DNA of 32,000 nt from Nitrososphaera viennensis EN76 (GCF_000698785.1 NZ_CP007536.1:750001-782000); one strand, 5' to 3'; numbered from the stretch's first letter, positions 1 to 9,900 are shown. Notes: generated from the sequence alone by a model not told the origin. Made by a program: numbers and translations.

Positions 1-3000
1 TTGACAGTTTCAGAGGAGTAAACACTGAACGCACCGTCACGTTTTCACAGGGCGTCACGCTTATCCATGGCCTCAACGGCATGGGCAAGACCACGGTTTT
101 ACAGGCAATCGAGTGGTGTCTGACTGGCGAGATCCCAAGTTTTGAAGGGCCAGACTTTAAGGAAGAGGATGCCATCGTAAATTGCTTCACGGACAAGAAA
201 TCCGCGTCTGTTATCCTTACGCTAGAAGATACCACTTCCAACAGAATCATGACGGTGGAGCGCCGACGCAGGCGGTCCAAGAGCTCAAGCACAACCAAGA
301 CCAATACCTCGCTCAAGGTAGGGATTGACGGCAAAGAGTATGAAAATGATCGTGCGGTGGAAATTCTTTCGCAGTTGCTCGGTGTGGGTCTGGAAGACCT
401 TGCAAAGAACACGTACATCCGGCAGGATGCCATTGACCAATTACTCCATGAAAAGCCGGAGGAGAGGTCCCGGGCCCTCGACACGATCCTCGGCACCGAC
501 AAGATTCGGGGGTTCCTGGATGCCATCAACGTAAGCACTTCGAGGACCAGAAATTCACTCAAAGAAAAGATAGAGGGGATCGAGATAGGCAGGGTTCAGA
601 TTGCAACAGCGCTGCAGGAAGAGGCCGAGGAGACAAAGAACCGGCTGCTGGCTGGGGGGATGCACAAAGAAGACCTTAACTTGCAGCAGGCCGTCAAATC
701 TGCGGGCTCCCTCTTTGATAAGATAACCAGTCTGGCCACTGCAGTTGGCGCCAGACCGCCTGCAAAGGCGGCTATACCCGCTGACCCTTCCGAGCTCTAC
801 GAGAGCCTCGAGAAGTATGCAAAGGATGCCGATGAAATAGACCGCGCAAGACAGGAAGTTCACTCACAAAAGTCTAACCAGATAGCCAAAATCTCAGCAC
901 CGATGAGCTCTCTGCAAGGACTCCGGGAAGGGCTGCAACAGTACAGTGGCAAGGACGTGTCATCACTACGCGGCAGTCTGGTTCAGAAGGAGAATGAGCT
1001 GCGCGGAATTGCCGAAGAGCGGACAGCAATATCCCGAGAAATTGCGCGCCTTGGCAGTAATTCCCGAGCCATCGACAATGCGCTCAGGGACTATGAAAAT
1101 GCTAGGCTACAGCTCGACCAAGTCGCTGGAGGGCAAGATGTTCAGGCGCTGAAGAAGGAGGAAGCGGAACTTCAGGCACAGCACAGTTCCAACCTTGCTC
1201 AGCAGAATGAGGCTCGTATCACGGCAGAATCACTTGGTAAGACATTTGAAGAACTGGACAGGCTCGTAACTTCCTACCGGTCAGGTGTTGAGCAGATATC
1301 GTCGCTTGGATTCGACTCTGCGGATGGCAGAGGCACGCAACAGATAGAGTCACTGCAGGCATCCATAGATGAAATGAAGTCCAAGTCAAAGGAGGCCGGC
1401 GAGAAGCAGGTCAGGCTTGCAGGTCTGGTCTCGGAGCTTCGAACAAGCAGTTCTACCATCGCATCTGTTCGGCGCACCGCAGAAGAGCTTGAGGCAAAGA
1501 TATCCGCGTCGATCCAAAAGTTTGGCGATACTGAGGCAAGAACAAAACTCCAGGAGCAAAAGTCATCCAGCCTTCGGGAAATAAAACAATCGCTTGATTC
1601 CTTTAACACATACGATAGCCTCGTCGGGAAGGCAATGGAGTATATCCGTACGGTCCGGCCTCTAAACTGCCCTCTCTGCGAGAGGCCTTCAGAACCGGAC
1701 CATCTTCTGGCATTACTAAACTCAAAGGTGAAAGGTGATATTGCCAAGAAGATTCAAGACCTCTCTGCAAAGGCCACGCAAGAAAGCGAATACCTTGACG
1801 AGCTGGCAAAAGATACAGACGCGCTTTTGGGATATAGAAGGGACCTGGAAGTGCAAAAGACAAGGATTGCTGTCGAACTTTCCCGGCTATCGACCTTGTT
1901 AGGGGTTACAGTTAATGCCGACTTTGATTTTGAAGGAAAAATAAAAGAGCTATTGAAAGAGGCAGATTCTGCCCGGAGCCTTGCAATGGAGTTAGGGGGC
2001 CAGGTGCAAAAGTCAGAGATCAGGCTTGCAGAATTCAAACGTCTGCTGCAAAATAGGCAGGGCGCAGAGGAGAAGATACATGCGCTGCTGCGGTCCCGCG
2101 GCATCAATCTCGGCACCGGCAGCCTTGATGCAGAGTGCTCCACAATCTTGGAGGGCATAGCCAAGGAAAGGCAGCAGGCCAATAGAGACCTTGACCAATT
2201 GCTGTCGGGCGCAAACGAGGTCTTTGCAAAGCTGACAACAGTAAAATCAAAGGTCGCAGAAATTGGAAGGGCATCAACACGTGTCAAGTCTGCAGGAGAG
2301 ATACTCGCAGGGCTGCTCGCTGCAGACGCATCAACTTCTGGCGAGGTCCTCGCGGGGATGGCAAAGGAGGCCATTGAACTTGACAGTAAAGAGATCGAAA
2401 CGCTGACAGCAAAGGACAGGAATCTGGAAGAAAGCAAGACCACCAAGACCAGCGAAGCGGACCAGATAAGAAGTGACCTTGGCAACATGGCCAAACTGAT
2501 TGAGTCAAAGACACGTGCAGAGCGAGACCTGCAGTCTCTGCTCAAATCCAGCGAAGTGGACGAGCGGCTACTTCAGAAGGCTGATGAAGAACTTCAGGCG
2601 CTAAAGGCTATCGCAGAAAAATATTCCTCAAGCGGCCAGTATGCCCGCGAGATCTCGGAGGTCAAGAATGGGTATAAAGAATTGCTTGCAGGTCCGGTCA
2701 TTTTCTTGGTGCAGGAAAAGAAGGCAGAAGAGGCCATAGAAAAGGAAAACGCCCTCTCAAGGAAGAAGGAAGCACTTGAGGCAAATATGAGGGCGGTTGA
2801 AGCGCTCGAAGGTTCACTGCAGGCTATAAGGGAGGCTGCAAACGCGTACCTGCAGAACGAAGTACAGAACGTCATACGCAGCCACGGCGAGCAGATTGAT
2901 GCCATCTACAACAGAATCGTAAGACACCCTGCGTTCCAGCACATCGAAGTCGAAGTGGATACGAATGGACCCACAACATATTCTATCAAGGTCAAAGATT

Positions 3001-3335
3001 CCAGTGGCGGGATAACGACATCGGCGCCGGTACGCTTCAGCACGGCCCAGCTTAACAGTTTTGCCATATCAATCATGGTGGCAAACAGCATGAAAGCGGG
3101 GCTACCCTTTGCAGTCCTTATGATGGACGACCCAACACAGAGTATGGACAGGCCGCACAAGGAATACCTCGCGGAGTTAATATCTGACCTCATGGAGGAC
3201 AAGCAGATGATAATCGTTACATCAGACATCGAGTTCAAATCACTTGTACAAGAAAGATGCAAAGGAAACCTTCAGGACATCGAGCTCAGGGGCTGGTCAG
3301 AGGATGGGCCGGAAATAGTTGCCCGCACTATTTGA
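1..3335 (+). CDS. Rad50/SbcC/SMC-like ABC ATPase with long coiled coil and CxxC zinc hook (5' end truncated by window edge)
   Basis: Frame 3 is open from nt 3 (DSFRGVNTERTVTFSQGVTLIHGLNGMGKTT), so the true start lies just left of the window. Walker A GLNGMGKTT is at nt 69-95. A Q-loop-like YIRQD (Q at 423-425) is followed by EERSRALDTILG, as in Rad50/SbcC. About 900 aa of E/K/L/Q-rich heptad-like sequence follow. CPLC at 1668-1679 sits near the protein midpoint, the zinc-hook position. Signature-like FSTAQLN is at 3036-3056 and Walker B/D-loop FAVLMMDDPTQSMD at 3108-3149. The stop is TGA 3333-3335. Confidence 0.85.
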   Translation, partial: DSFRGVNTERTVTFSQGVTLIHGLNGMGKTTVLQAIEWCLTGEIPSFEGPDFKEEDAIVNCFTDKKSASVILTLEDTTSNRIMTVERRRRRSKSSSTTKTNTSLKVGIDGKEYENDRAVEILSQLLGVGLEDLAKNTYIRQDAIDQLLHEKPEERSRALDTILGTDKIRGFLDAINVSTSRTRNSLKEKIEGIEIGRVQIATALQEEAEETKNRLLAGGMHKEDLNLQQAVKSAGSLFDKITSLATAVGARPPAKAAIPADPSELYESLEKYAKDADEIDRARQEVHSQKSNQIAKISAPMSSLQGLREGLQQYSGKDVSSLRGSLVQKENELRGIAEERTAISREIARLGSNSRAIDNALRDYENARLQLDQVAGGQDVQALKKEEAELQAQHSSNLAQQNEARITAESLGKTFEELDRLVTSYRSGVEQISSLGFDSADGRGTQQIESLQASIDEMKSKSKEAGEKQVRLAGLVSELRTSSSTIASVRRTAEELEAKISASIQKFGDTEARTKLQEQKSSSLREIKQSLDSFNTYDSLVGKAMEYIRTVRPLNCPLCERPSEPDHLLALLNSKVKGDIAKKIQDLSAKATQESEYLDELAKDTDALLGYRRDLEVQKTRIAVELSRLSTLLGVTVNADFDFEGKIKELLKEADSARSLAMELGGQVQKSEIRLAEFKRLLQNRQGAEEKIHALLRSRGINLGTGSLDAECSTILEGIAKERQQANRDLDQLLSGANEVFAKLTTVKSKVAEIGRASTRVKSAGEILAGLLAADASTSGEVLAGMAKEAIELDSKEIETLTAKDRNLEESKTTKTSEADQIRSDLGNMAKLIESKTRAERDLQSLLKSSEVDERLLQKADEELQALKAIAEKYSSSGQYAREISEVKNGYKELLAGPVIFLVQEKKAEEAIEKENALSRKKEALEANMRAVEALEGSLQAIREAANAYLQNEVQNVIRSHGEQIDAIYNRIVRHPAFQHIEVEVDTNGPTTYSIKVKDSSGGITTSAPVRFSTAQLNSFAISIMVANSMKAGLPFAVLMMDDPTQSMDRPHKEYLAELISDLMEDKQMIIVTSDIEFKSLVQERCKGNLQDIELRGWSEDGPEIVARTI

Positions 3336-3349
3336 GGCTGCATTCAGGA

Positions 3350-3793
3350 ATGTCTGAAGAAGCAAGGATACGCGACGGGATAGAACTGGCCTCGGCAAGG
3401 AAGAGGTTGCAAGAGCTTGAGGCCAGAAAAACTGTCCTGTTGGCGCATCTTGCAGAATTAAGACAGGTGCTGGCCGGCACGAGGCCGGTTTCAGAGCTCA
3501 GCTCCGAGATGATATCCCGGTTCACCATAGATGTCAGAGGCGCCACTGACAGGTTCCTGCTCAGGGGCATCGAGGACAAGCTCGATTCTCTAGCAAGGGA
3601 GACCGATGCAAAGATCTTTAAACTTAAAGAGTTGCTGGCCCATGCAGCAATATGCCCACGGTGTAACGGCTCAGGTTCGATAGTTAAAGAGAGTGTAGAG
3701 AGGGACCCTGACAACGCGCCGGTTACACACATGACAGTCAGCAGCTGCCCCCAGTGTGGCGGCTCCGGTAAGGCAGAGGCTGAGATGATCTGA
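3350..3793 (+). CDS. Coiled-coil protein with two DnaJ-type CxxCxGxG zinc-finger units
   Basis: ATG 3350 lies 14 nt after the upstream stop and gives 147 aa. The N-terminal half is helical/heptad-like (LQELEARKTVLLAHLAELRQVL). CPRCNGSGS (3653-3679) and CPQCGGSGK (3746-3772) match the CxxCxGxG repeat of the DnaJ zinc-finger domain. The longer track ORF from 3257 overlaps the upstream gene and is not favoured. Confidence 0.65.
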   Translation: MSEEARIRDGIELASARKRLQELEARKTVLLAHLAELRQVLAGTRPVSELSSEMISRFTIDVRGATDRFLLRGIEDKLDSLARETDAKIFKLKELLAHAAICPRCNGSGSIVKESVERDPDNAPVTHMTVSSCPQCGGSGKAEAEMI

Positions 3794-3894
3794 TAGGACC
3801 GATATACTCTGCACTGTACGAAGCAGCCGTCAGCGAAAAGCAGATAGAGTCAAAGGGCAGAGCGTCAAAGGCCGGACACGAGTTTGAGGACAGG

Positions 3895-4440
3895 GTGGCA
3901 GAGGCGCTTGTTACGTTTTCTTCGGTAAGCGGGGTCAAGAAGAGGGCCACACTTGCCTACCCAACACTATCGGGCATGAAGCACCAGTACGATTGCATAT
4001 TTGTACTAGACGGCGCGACCTACGTCGTAGAGTGCAAGAAGCAGAACCAGCAGGCCTCAAAGAACCAGATATACTACTTCAACTCCACAATAACGGACCA
4101 CGCCCTTGGGATGAAAGTCGACGGCATCCAGGGCGAGATACGTGGCATTTTTCTTTCCACCACAGACCTTGACGAGCCGTCCGCGATATATGCTGTTTTC
4201 AGCGGCATCAGGGTGATAACTCCTGGCACGCCGCCACCGGAATACATGGCTGAAAGGACCGACCCGGCAAGTGATCTGTTCCGGATAATCAAGTCTGTCA
4301 TTTCAGGAATCCCTGCAAAAAACCCGCTGTTTTTCGATAAACTCAAAAGGCCTGACAGATCCGCGCCGACAGTTTACGAGGAATACATGACGGCTCTTGC
4401 GGAATGGAAGGCAGGCAGAGGGCAGAAGGAGGGGTCCTGA
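3895..4440 (+). CDS. Small PD-(D/E)xK (restriction-endonuclease fold) nuclease; 5' boundary uncertain
   Basis: YDCIFVLDGATYVVECKK has D at 3991-3993 and E-C-K at 4030-4038, giving a D-x12-ExK core. The first canonical start is GTG 3895. However, the frame is open from 3784 and the upstream extension encodes GHEFEDRV (see finding). The stop TGA 4438-4440 overlaps the next ATG by 1 nt. Confidence 0.7.
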   Translation: MAEALVTFSSVSGVKKRATLAYPTLSGMKHQYDCIFVLDGATYVVECKKQNQQASKNQIYYFNSTITDHALGMKVDGIQGEIRGIFLSTTDLDEPSAIYAVFSGIRVITPGTPPPEYMAERTDPASDLFRIIKSVISGIPAKNPLFFDKLKRPDRSAPTVYEEYMTALAEWKAGRGQKEGS

Positions 4441-5471
4441 TGGTCGATAGCGACGGCAGACTCCCCCGGTTCTCAAGGTTCGAGTATATACTGGACCTGC
4501 TCTCCACGGTGCACGATGGAGGGGCTGAAGGAACCGAACTGGCAGCTGTCCAGAAGGCGCTCTCTGACAGAAAAGAATCGTTTGAACAGGTAAAGCTCTT
4601 GGCCGTCGGAAAGCGCAAGTCTGTGAACAGGGGTGTAGAAGGTACGGAGGAGCTGACACGGGAGTGCCTGTCATTTGCGGTCAAGAGCGGGCTTGTGAGT
4701 GTCGATGTTTCCTCCCATGGAAGACTGACGCTCACCGACTTGGGACGTGAACTGCTTGCAGCTAGCAAAAAAAATGAGGTAAGTGGAACATTCATTGAAC
4801 GTATTGCCTCGCTCTACCTCTCGTCATACAGGAGGGCTTCAGGCGTCCTTCTCGCTATACTTGGGAGGGAAGGGGGTCAGGTTGACATCCCAGATACAAG
4901 GCATGGCGGGAGACTCACCCCCGAACAGATAGAAGAGATCTTGGGTGTCAGGTGCGATGCCGTCAGCCTGATAAGCTTCAGACTTTTGCTGGACCAGGCC
5001 CGGCTCGTCAACTGGTTCACCTTTACCGAGGGAGACGGAAGACTGATGTGGAGGATCTATGCAACATGCAAGATCTTCGACGTCAGCGACCCTCAACACC
5101 GGGGCGAGGGAGTGCTCTCCTTCAGGTCTCAGGGGCGCACTGTTACAATCAAGATGAACCAGACAAGCATAGAGGAATTTGAAGACGCTGCCTGGTCGGA
5201 ATACATGAAGTTGACAGATAACTATGAGGACATCCCTGTATACTACTGGCAGCTCCGCTCTCCAGTCTGCTACGGGTTAAGAATATCTGATAGCACTTAT
5301 GATTCCCTGCTGTTGGCGATGAAGGATAGCCGACGCTTCAGATTCAGCTGGTCTTCCGGCTCTATGCCTTCTAGCGAGGCCAAGGGCAACCTACTCAAGA
5401 ACCTACCGCCGATGGCAGCCGACGGGTACCATATGGTGTATGTGAGCATGAGCAGGAGGAAGACGGGTTGA
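4440..5471 (+). CDS. Hypothetical protein, winged-helix-like N-terminal region, no catalytic motif seen
   Basis: ATG 4440 overlaps the upstream TGA by 1 nt (translational coupling) and gives 343 aa. Segments such as FEYILDLLSTVHDGGAEGTELAAVQKAL and AVKSGLVSVDVSSHGRLTLTDLGRELL resemble helix-turn-helix plus wing. I recognise no other family signature. Confidence 0.6.
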   Translation: MVDSDGRLPRFSRFEYILDLLSTVHDGGAEGTELAAVQKALSDRKESFEQVKLLAVGKRKSVNRGVEGTEELTRECLSFAVKSGLVSVDVSSHGRLTLTDLGRELLAASKKNEVSGTFIERIASLYLSSYRRASGVLLAILGREGGQVDIPDTRHGGRLTPEQIEEILGVRCDAVSLISFRLLLDQARLVNWFTFTEGDGRLMWRIYATCKIFDVSDPQHRGEGVLSFRSQGRTVTIKMNQTSIEEFEDAAWSEYMKLTDNYEDIPVYYWQLRSPVCYGLRISDSTYDSLLLAMKDSRRFRFSWSSGSMPSSEAKGNLLKNLPPMAADGYHMVYVSMSRRKTG

Positions 5472-5476
5472 CCGAT

Positions 5477-6748
5477 ATGGAAAGAGGAGGGAACGGCATT
5501 TACACCCTATACGGCCTTTCTGATAACCCATTTCCGCAGAGCCCGACCGTAATAATAGACAGTCCCGATAAACGCCTTAATGGAAGGATCTTTTATGAAG
5601 GCATATTCCCAGACAAAGTGGCCAAGTTCAAGGAACTACTAGAAAAAAGGACAAACATGATCTATGTCCGTGGGAGCCAGTATGTCAAGGGGGACGGCAA
5701 GTCGGCTCTCATGGCCCATGCTTTCTTTATGTACGAGCGTAGGCAGGACACGGCCGTGGCGTTTATACGCTGTACTGGCAGAAACGGAAAGGTCAGTACG
5801 CCCGAACACTATTGCAGGGAGATCATACGGCAGCTCCACCAGCGGGGTTATCTGTGGAAAGCCTTTGGAGCTTTGACAAACATGTTCCTTGCAGAGAGCT
5901 CCAAGTACGTGTATGCTAGGCCAGGGGCTGCGCTGATGTTTAAAAAACACAACGTGCCACCAGATACGCTCCCTTTTACCAGATTCACCAACATTTCCCG
6001 GGTCGGCGAGTTTGCAAAGGTCCTCTCGGAATGGATTGTAGCAAAAACAGGATGCAGTGCCAAGTTCACACACGAGCTTGTCAAGGCCTACCTAGAACGG
6101 CCTGCCACCATGGAAAAGGAGGTTATCGTGAAGAATTCTGACAAGATTGAGGATTTTGGCGACTGTCTCAAGATATTGAGGGCTGGAGGGTTTGGCTGGT
6201 GCTATTTCTTTCTGGACCAGATGGAGGAGTCGCTTGACATACCTGCAGGTGCAATTGGCAATTTCACATCAGCACTCAGGCGGGTCATCGAGAAGAGTTC
6301 GGGTTTTGCCACACTCGTCGCGACCCTTCACGCCAGTTCAGTTCGGACCCTTCTTGATAACCCTGAAGGAAGGGTCAACATACAGAGCTTTGCGCCACTT
6401 GATGAGAATCATTATGTGACACTCTATCCTGACGACATAGTAAAAGACAACAGGGTGGTCGGACTGGTCGAGACGTACCTCCGAGAGTTCACCATTGATG
6501 CCACAAAACCATCTCCTTTTGACCCGCAAGTGATAAAGTACGTTGCACACCTGTACAGAGGTAACCTTCGAGAAATCCTAAGGACAATGCACCATATGAT
6601 CATGTCCGCAGCCAGCAAAAGACAACAATTGATAGACATGGCGTATGTCAAGGCAAACCATAACGAAGCTGTGGGAAAAGAGTTTTCAGAGGAGACGTAT
6701 CAGCAGTTCATGACATCGATGCAACTTGGCCGGAGACCTTCTTCCTGA
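5477..6748 (+). CDS. P-loop NTPase (AAA/ORC-like, deviant Walker A)
   Basis: The start is ATG 5477, or alternatively TTG 5468 overlapping the upstream stop in TTGA. P-loop-like GSQYVKGDGKSAL is at 5672-5707. Walker B-like CYFFLDQMEES lies near 6200-6232. ATLVATLH follows as a possible sensor-1 strand. The helical C-terminal part is consistent with an AAA lid. Confidence 0.65.
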   Translation: MERGGNGIYTLYGLSDNPFPQSPTVIIDSPDKRLNGRIFYEGIFPDKVAKFKELLEKRTNMIYVRGSQYVKGDGKSALMAHAFFMYERRQDTAVAFIRCTGRNGKVSTPEHYCREIIRQLHQRGYLWKAFGALTNMFLAESSKYVYARPGAALMFKKHNVPPDTLPFTRFTNISRVGEFAKVLSEWIVAKTGCSAKFTHELVKAYLERPATMEKEVIVKNSDKIEDFGDCLKILRAGGFGWCYFFLDQMEESLDIPAGAIGNFTSALRRVIEKSSGFATLVATLHASSVRTLLDNPEGRVNIQSFAPLDENHYVTLYPDDIVKDNRVVGLVETYLREFTIDATKPSPFDPQVIKYVAHLYRGNLREILRTMHHMIMSAASKRQQLIDMAYVKANHNEAVGKEFSEETYQQFMTSMQLGRRPSS

Positions 6749-6770
6749 CTGCTTTCACGTTATATCTGCA

Positions 6771-6801
6771 ACAGTCCAGATGATTGTATCTTTTGGACTG
6801 T
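6771..6801 (+). terminator. Possible hairpin plus T-run between convergent genes
   Basis: ACAGTCCA (6771-6778) pairs with TGGACTGT (6794-6801), giving an 8-bp stem with a 15-nt loop ending in TCTTTT. It lies 23 nt after the stop at 6748. Archaeal termination mainly needs oligo-T, so this is weak. Confidence 0.2.
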
Positions 6802-6903
6802 GGTATAAGGGATTAGAAACCCGGACTGAAAAGCAAGTGTAGAATCATTACCGCTTTATGTTCCCCCTCTCCCACGTGCGCTGCCATTAAATGATGATGG
6901 TGG

Positions 6904-9900
6904 CTATTCTTTGGTAATTCTGCCGGCTGACTGACCTCTCAGTCCCTCGATCCTGTCACGTATTCTCTCGATCTCCCCACGGGGATTGCGCCACCAGTTC
7001 CTGCTCCATATCCTTTCCACCACCCACCCCCTACTCTCCAAGAATTCTTGACGCATCACATCCCTTTCTCGGGTGCTCTTAGCAGAATGGAAAGTTGCTC
7101 CGTCGCATTCTATGCCGATGATATAGCGGAAAGGTTCATCCGGATGCACAACCGCCAAGTCTATTTTGTAACCCGAATAGCCTACCTGGGTATCCACCGT
7201 GTAACCTATCTGGGTCAGACGATCATGAACCATCTCTTCAAATGGACTCTCGAATAGAAAGCCGCTGGCGGAATTTTCTCGTTTAAAACCGTTATATAGC
7301 GAGGCAAGTATGACGCCTGCACTCTGACGATTGTTCTCGCTGATTGCCTTTGCGTATCGCAAATAGTCTTTCAGTCTCTTTGGCCCGCTATTTTTGGCTG
7401 CGTCAGTTCGAAGCTCGTCCGGATCAATTGAGCATACAACGACTATTTCCTTTCTGGCACGCGTCACAGCGACATTCAGACGGTTCTCTCCGCCCTCTTG
7501 GTTAAGCGAGCCAAACCTAATGTGCAGATTTCCATCCGGATCCCGCGCATATCCTACCGAGAAAATGATGATATCGCGCTCGTCTCCCTGCACGTTCTCT
7601 ATGTTCTTGACGAACGGTCTATCATCCAGCAAGTTGCTCTCTGGGTTTTCAGCCTCACCGTAAAGCGTGTCAAATTCCGGATCCTGTTTACGCCTCCTGT
7701 CTATTTCATCCAGTATTGCTATTTGCTGGGATTCATTGAAAGTGATTATGCCTATCGACTGGTGCTTCGTATTTTTCCTATCGTCTGTCAAGATTCTTTT
7801 GACTTCATCTATCACCAACTCTGCCTCCGGAATGTTCTTTCTATCGGTCCAGACACCATTCCCGCACTGTATCCACCTTATTGGCGGTTCGGCAGGAACC
7901 TTCAGTATGTTGGGGGACACCTGAAGATGTCCATCGTAGAAAGCGTGATTCGAGAAGTCAATAAGCTCTTGGTATTTTGACCGGTAATGCCACGCAAGGT
8001 ATCGGGGCCCATAAATCCTCTTGGCAAGAACTAGCAAGCTCTCAGAAAGCATAGTTTCGTCCACGAGCTCCTCTTCTAAACTTTCGTCATCGTCTCTGAC
8101 TCTGAACAGATCGAACGGACGGAGCTGTTTCTCGTCTCCCATTATCACTACATTTCCTCCCCGGTACAGCGACGGCAGGGACCGTTCTACAGCAGACTGA
8201 CTCGCTTCGTCGAAGATGATGAAATCAAATAGGTTCCGTTTCAGCGGGAATATTGTAGATGCCGCTTCAGGTGACACGAGCCAGCAAGGTGCGACATTGA
8301 ATATTACTGACTCGTACTTCTCTATCAGCATTCTGACTGGGAGGACGTGTCTTTTCTTGTCAAATTCGTCTGCCAGTTTGCTCCATTGCACATATTCTGC
8401 CCGATACGACCTCTTTCCGCCGGGAGTTAGACCGGGTTTCACTATCCCTGCTTCTATTTGAGCAGCAATCCTCTGGACCACCAGATTCTTATGTTCTTTC
8501 AAGAGCTTGGCAAGTCGTTCACGGTTTTGTAGATATGTCTCGAAGGGCTGGCCTTTCAAGGCAGGGTTTTCTCGCTCAATGTAATCGATCCAATGGGCAT
8601 AGAACTCCTCCCTTACCACATCTGCCCAGTTGGTTTCCGACATCAATTTCATTGTGCATTCCTGAAGGACTTTTCTCTGCATGGGTGTCATAGCGGCTTT
8701 TCTTGCATCGTATGCTTGGAGGGCATCGAAATCTGCAAGAGATTCATGCATTTCTGAAAACCTTGAGTGCAGGTCGGCCAGCCGGCCGGTGGAAATCATC
8801 GAATTGATCCCATCAAATCCAGACTCATTCAGATATTTCGACAGGTTCTCGATGTTCCTCCATATCTCCAGACCTCCTTTTGCCCGCTGTATCATGCGGG
8901 TTACCCATAGCGGGTCGTCACGGACGTCTTGTACGCCGAGTATCCTCTTTGCATTGGAATGGGCTTCAACCCATCGCCCCTTCAACTTGCGGAACATTCC
9001 ACGTTCGCTCTCAAGAATGCGGAGTGCTTCCAAGAGGACGTTCTGGTCATGCATGGTGGAGGCAACGAGGGGTTCTGGCTCCTTGCTGCCAAGCTGCGTT
9101 ACAAGGGTTCTCAGTATTTCACTGATCCCGTTCTTGTCGTTGAACCCAAGTACAGAGAAGTCTTTTCTATGAACCCACGGATGTGTGATGTTATCGAATC
9201 TTTTGCAGCTATCTTCAGCGTTCTTGATTGCTTCAAGTAACTGTGGTAAATCTAGGTAACTGGTGCTAGCTGCAATTTTGGACAAGTCAAGTCGAGGTAC
9301 GTATCCGGGTTTGGCCGCTATGTAGAGCTGGTGCACTGTTAGGCCTCCAAAATACTCCTTCCACAAGGCGTCCACGATGCGTCTTTGCATGCCCACAATC
9401 TTATCTATCTCCTGAGAAACGGCATCAAACCTTGACTTCATAGAACCTGGATTGACACTGTTTATGCCCGTCGGACTCAGCAATCTTCCGAGTTGTTGGT
9501 ACAGTTCCTGCCTATCTGTTACGGGATCGTGCAGCAATGCAGCATACTTTCCAAGGCCTACCTTGTCAAGACGTTGGTAAACGACGTCAAGAGCGGCCCT
9601 CTTCTGGCAGATGACAAGCACCTTCTTTCCCTTGGCCAAGGCATCAGCGATCAGGTTTACTATGACCTGCGACTTGCCCGTTCCGGGAGGCCCGCGTACA
9701 ACTGTACATTCATTGTTGTGGGCAGCCACTATGACACTGTCTTGACTGGAATCGCTATCAAGTGCAATATTTAGGTCCATTGCAGAAATGTCGTCAAGAA
9801 CCACCGATTCGGCTTCTTTGTCTCCGTTTCCTTCGCTCCAGATATCTTCTGTTGCTGGTGCCTCCAGCAAGTCATCTATAACGCCAAGATTGATTTCGCC

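Noticed and set aside
1754-2545. 263-aa ORF antisense to the Rad50-like gene, and similar antisense ORFs at 1274-1747, 2594-2905 and 2906-3262
   Set aside because: The S/A/L-rich low-complexity translation is typical of the reverse complement of E/K/L/Q coiled-coil codons. It lies fully inside a strongly supported plus-strand gene and has no motifs.
1-3335. Annotating the first gene as the housekeeping archaeal Rad50
   Set aside because: Archaeal rad50 normally sits with mre11, herA and nurA. Here the neighbours are unrelated, and the signature, Walker B and H-loop residues deviate from Rad50.
3257-3349. Longer version of the zinc-finger ORF starting at 3257
   Set aside because: It would overlap the ATPase 3' end by 79 nt and encodes an R/G/H-rich sequence with no structure. 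ATG 3350 just after the upstream stop is the natural start.
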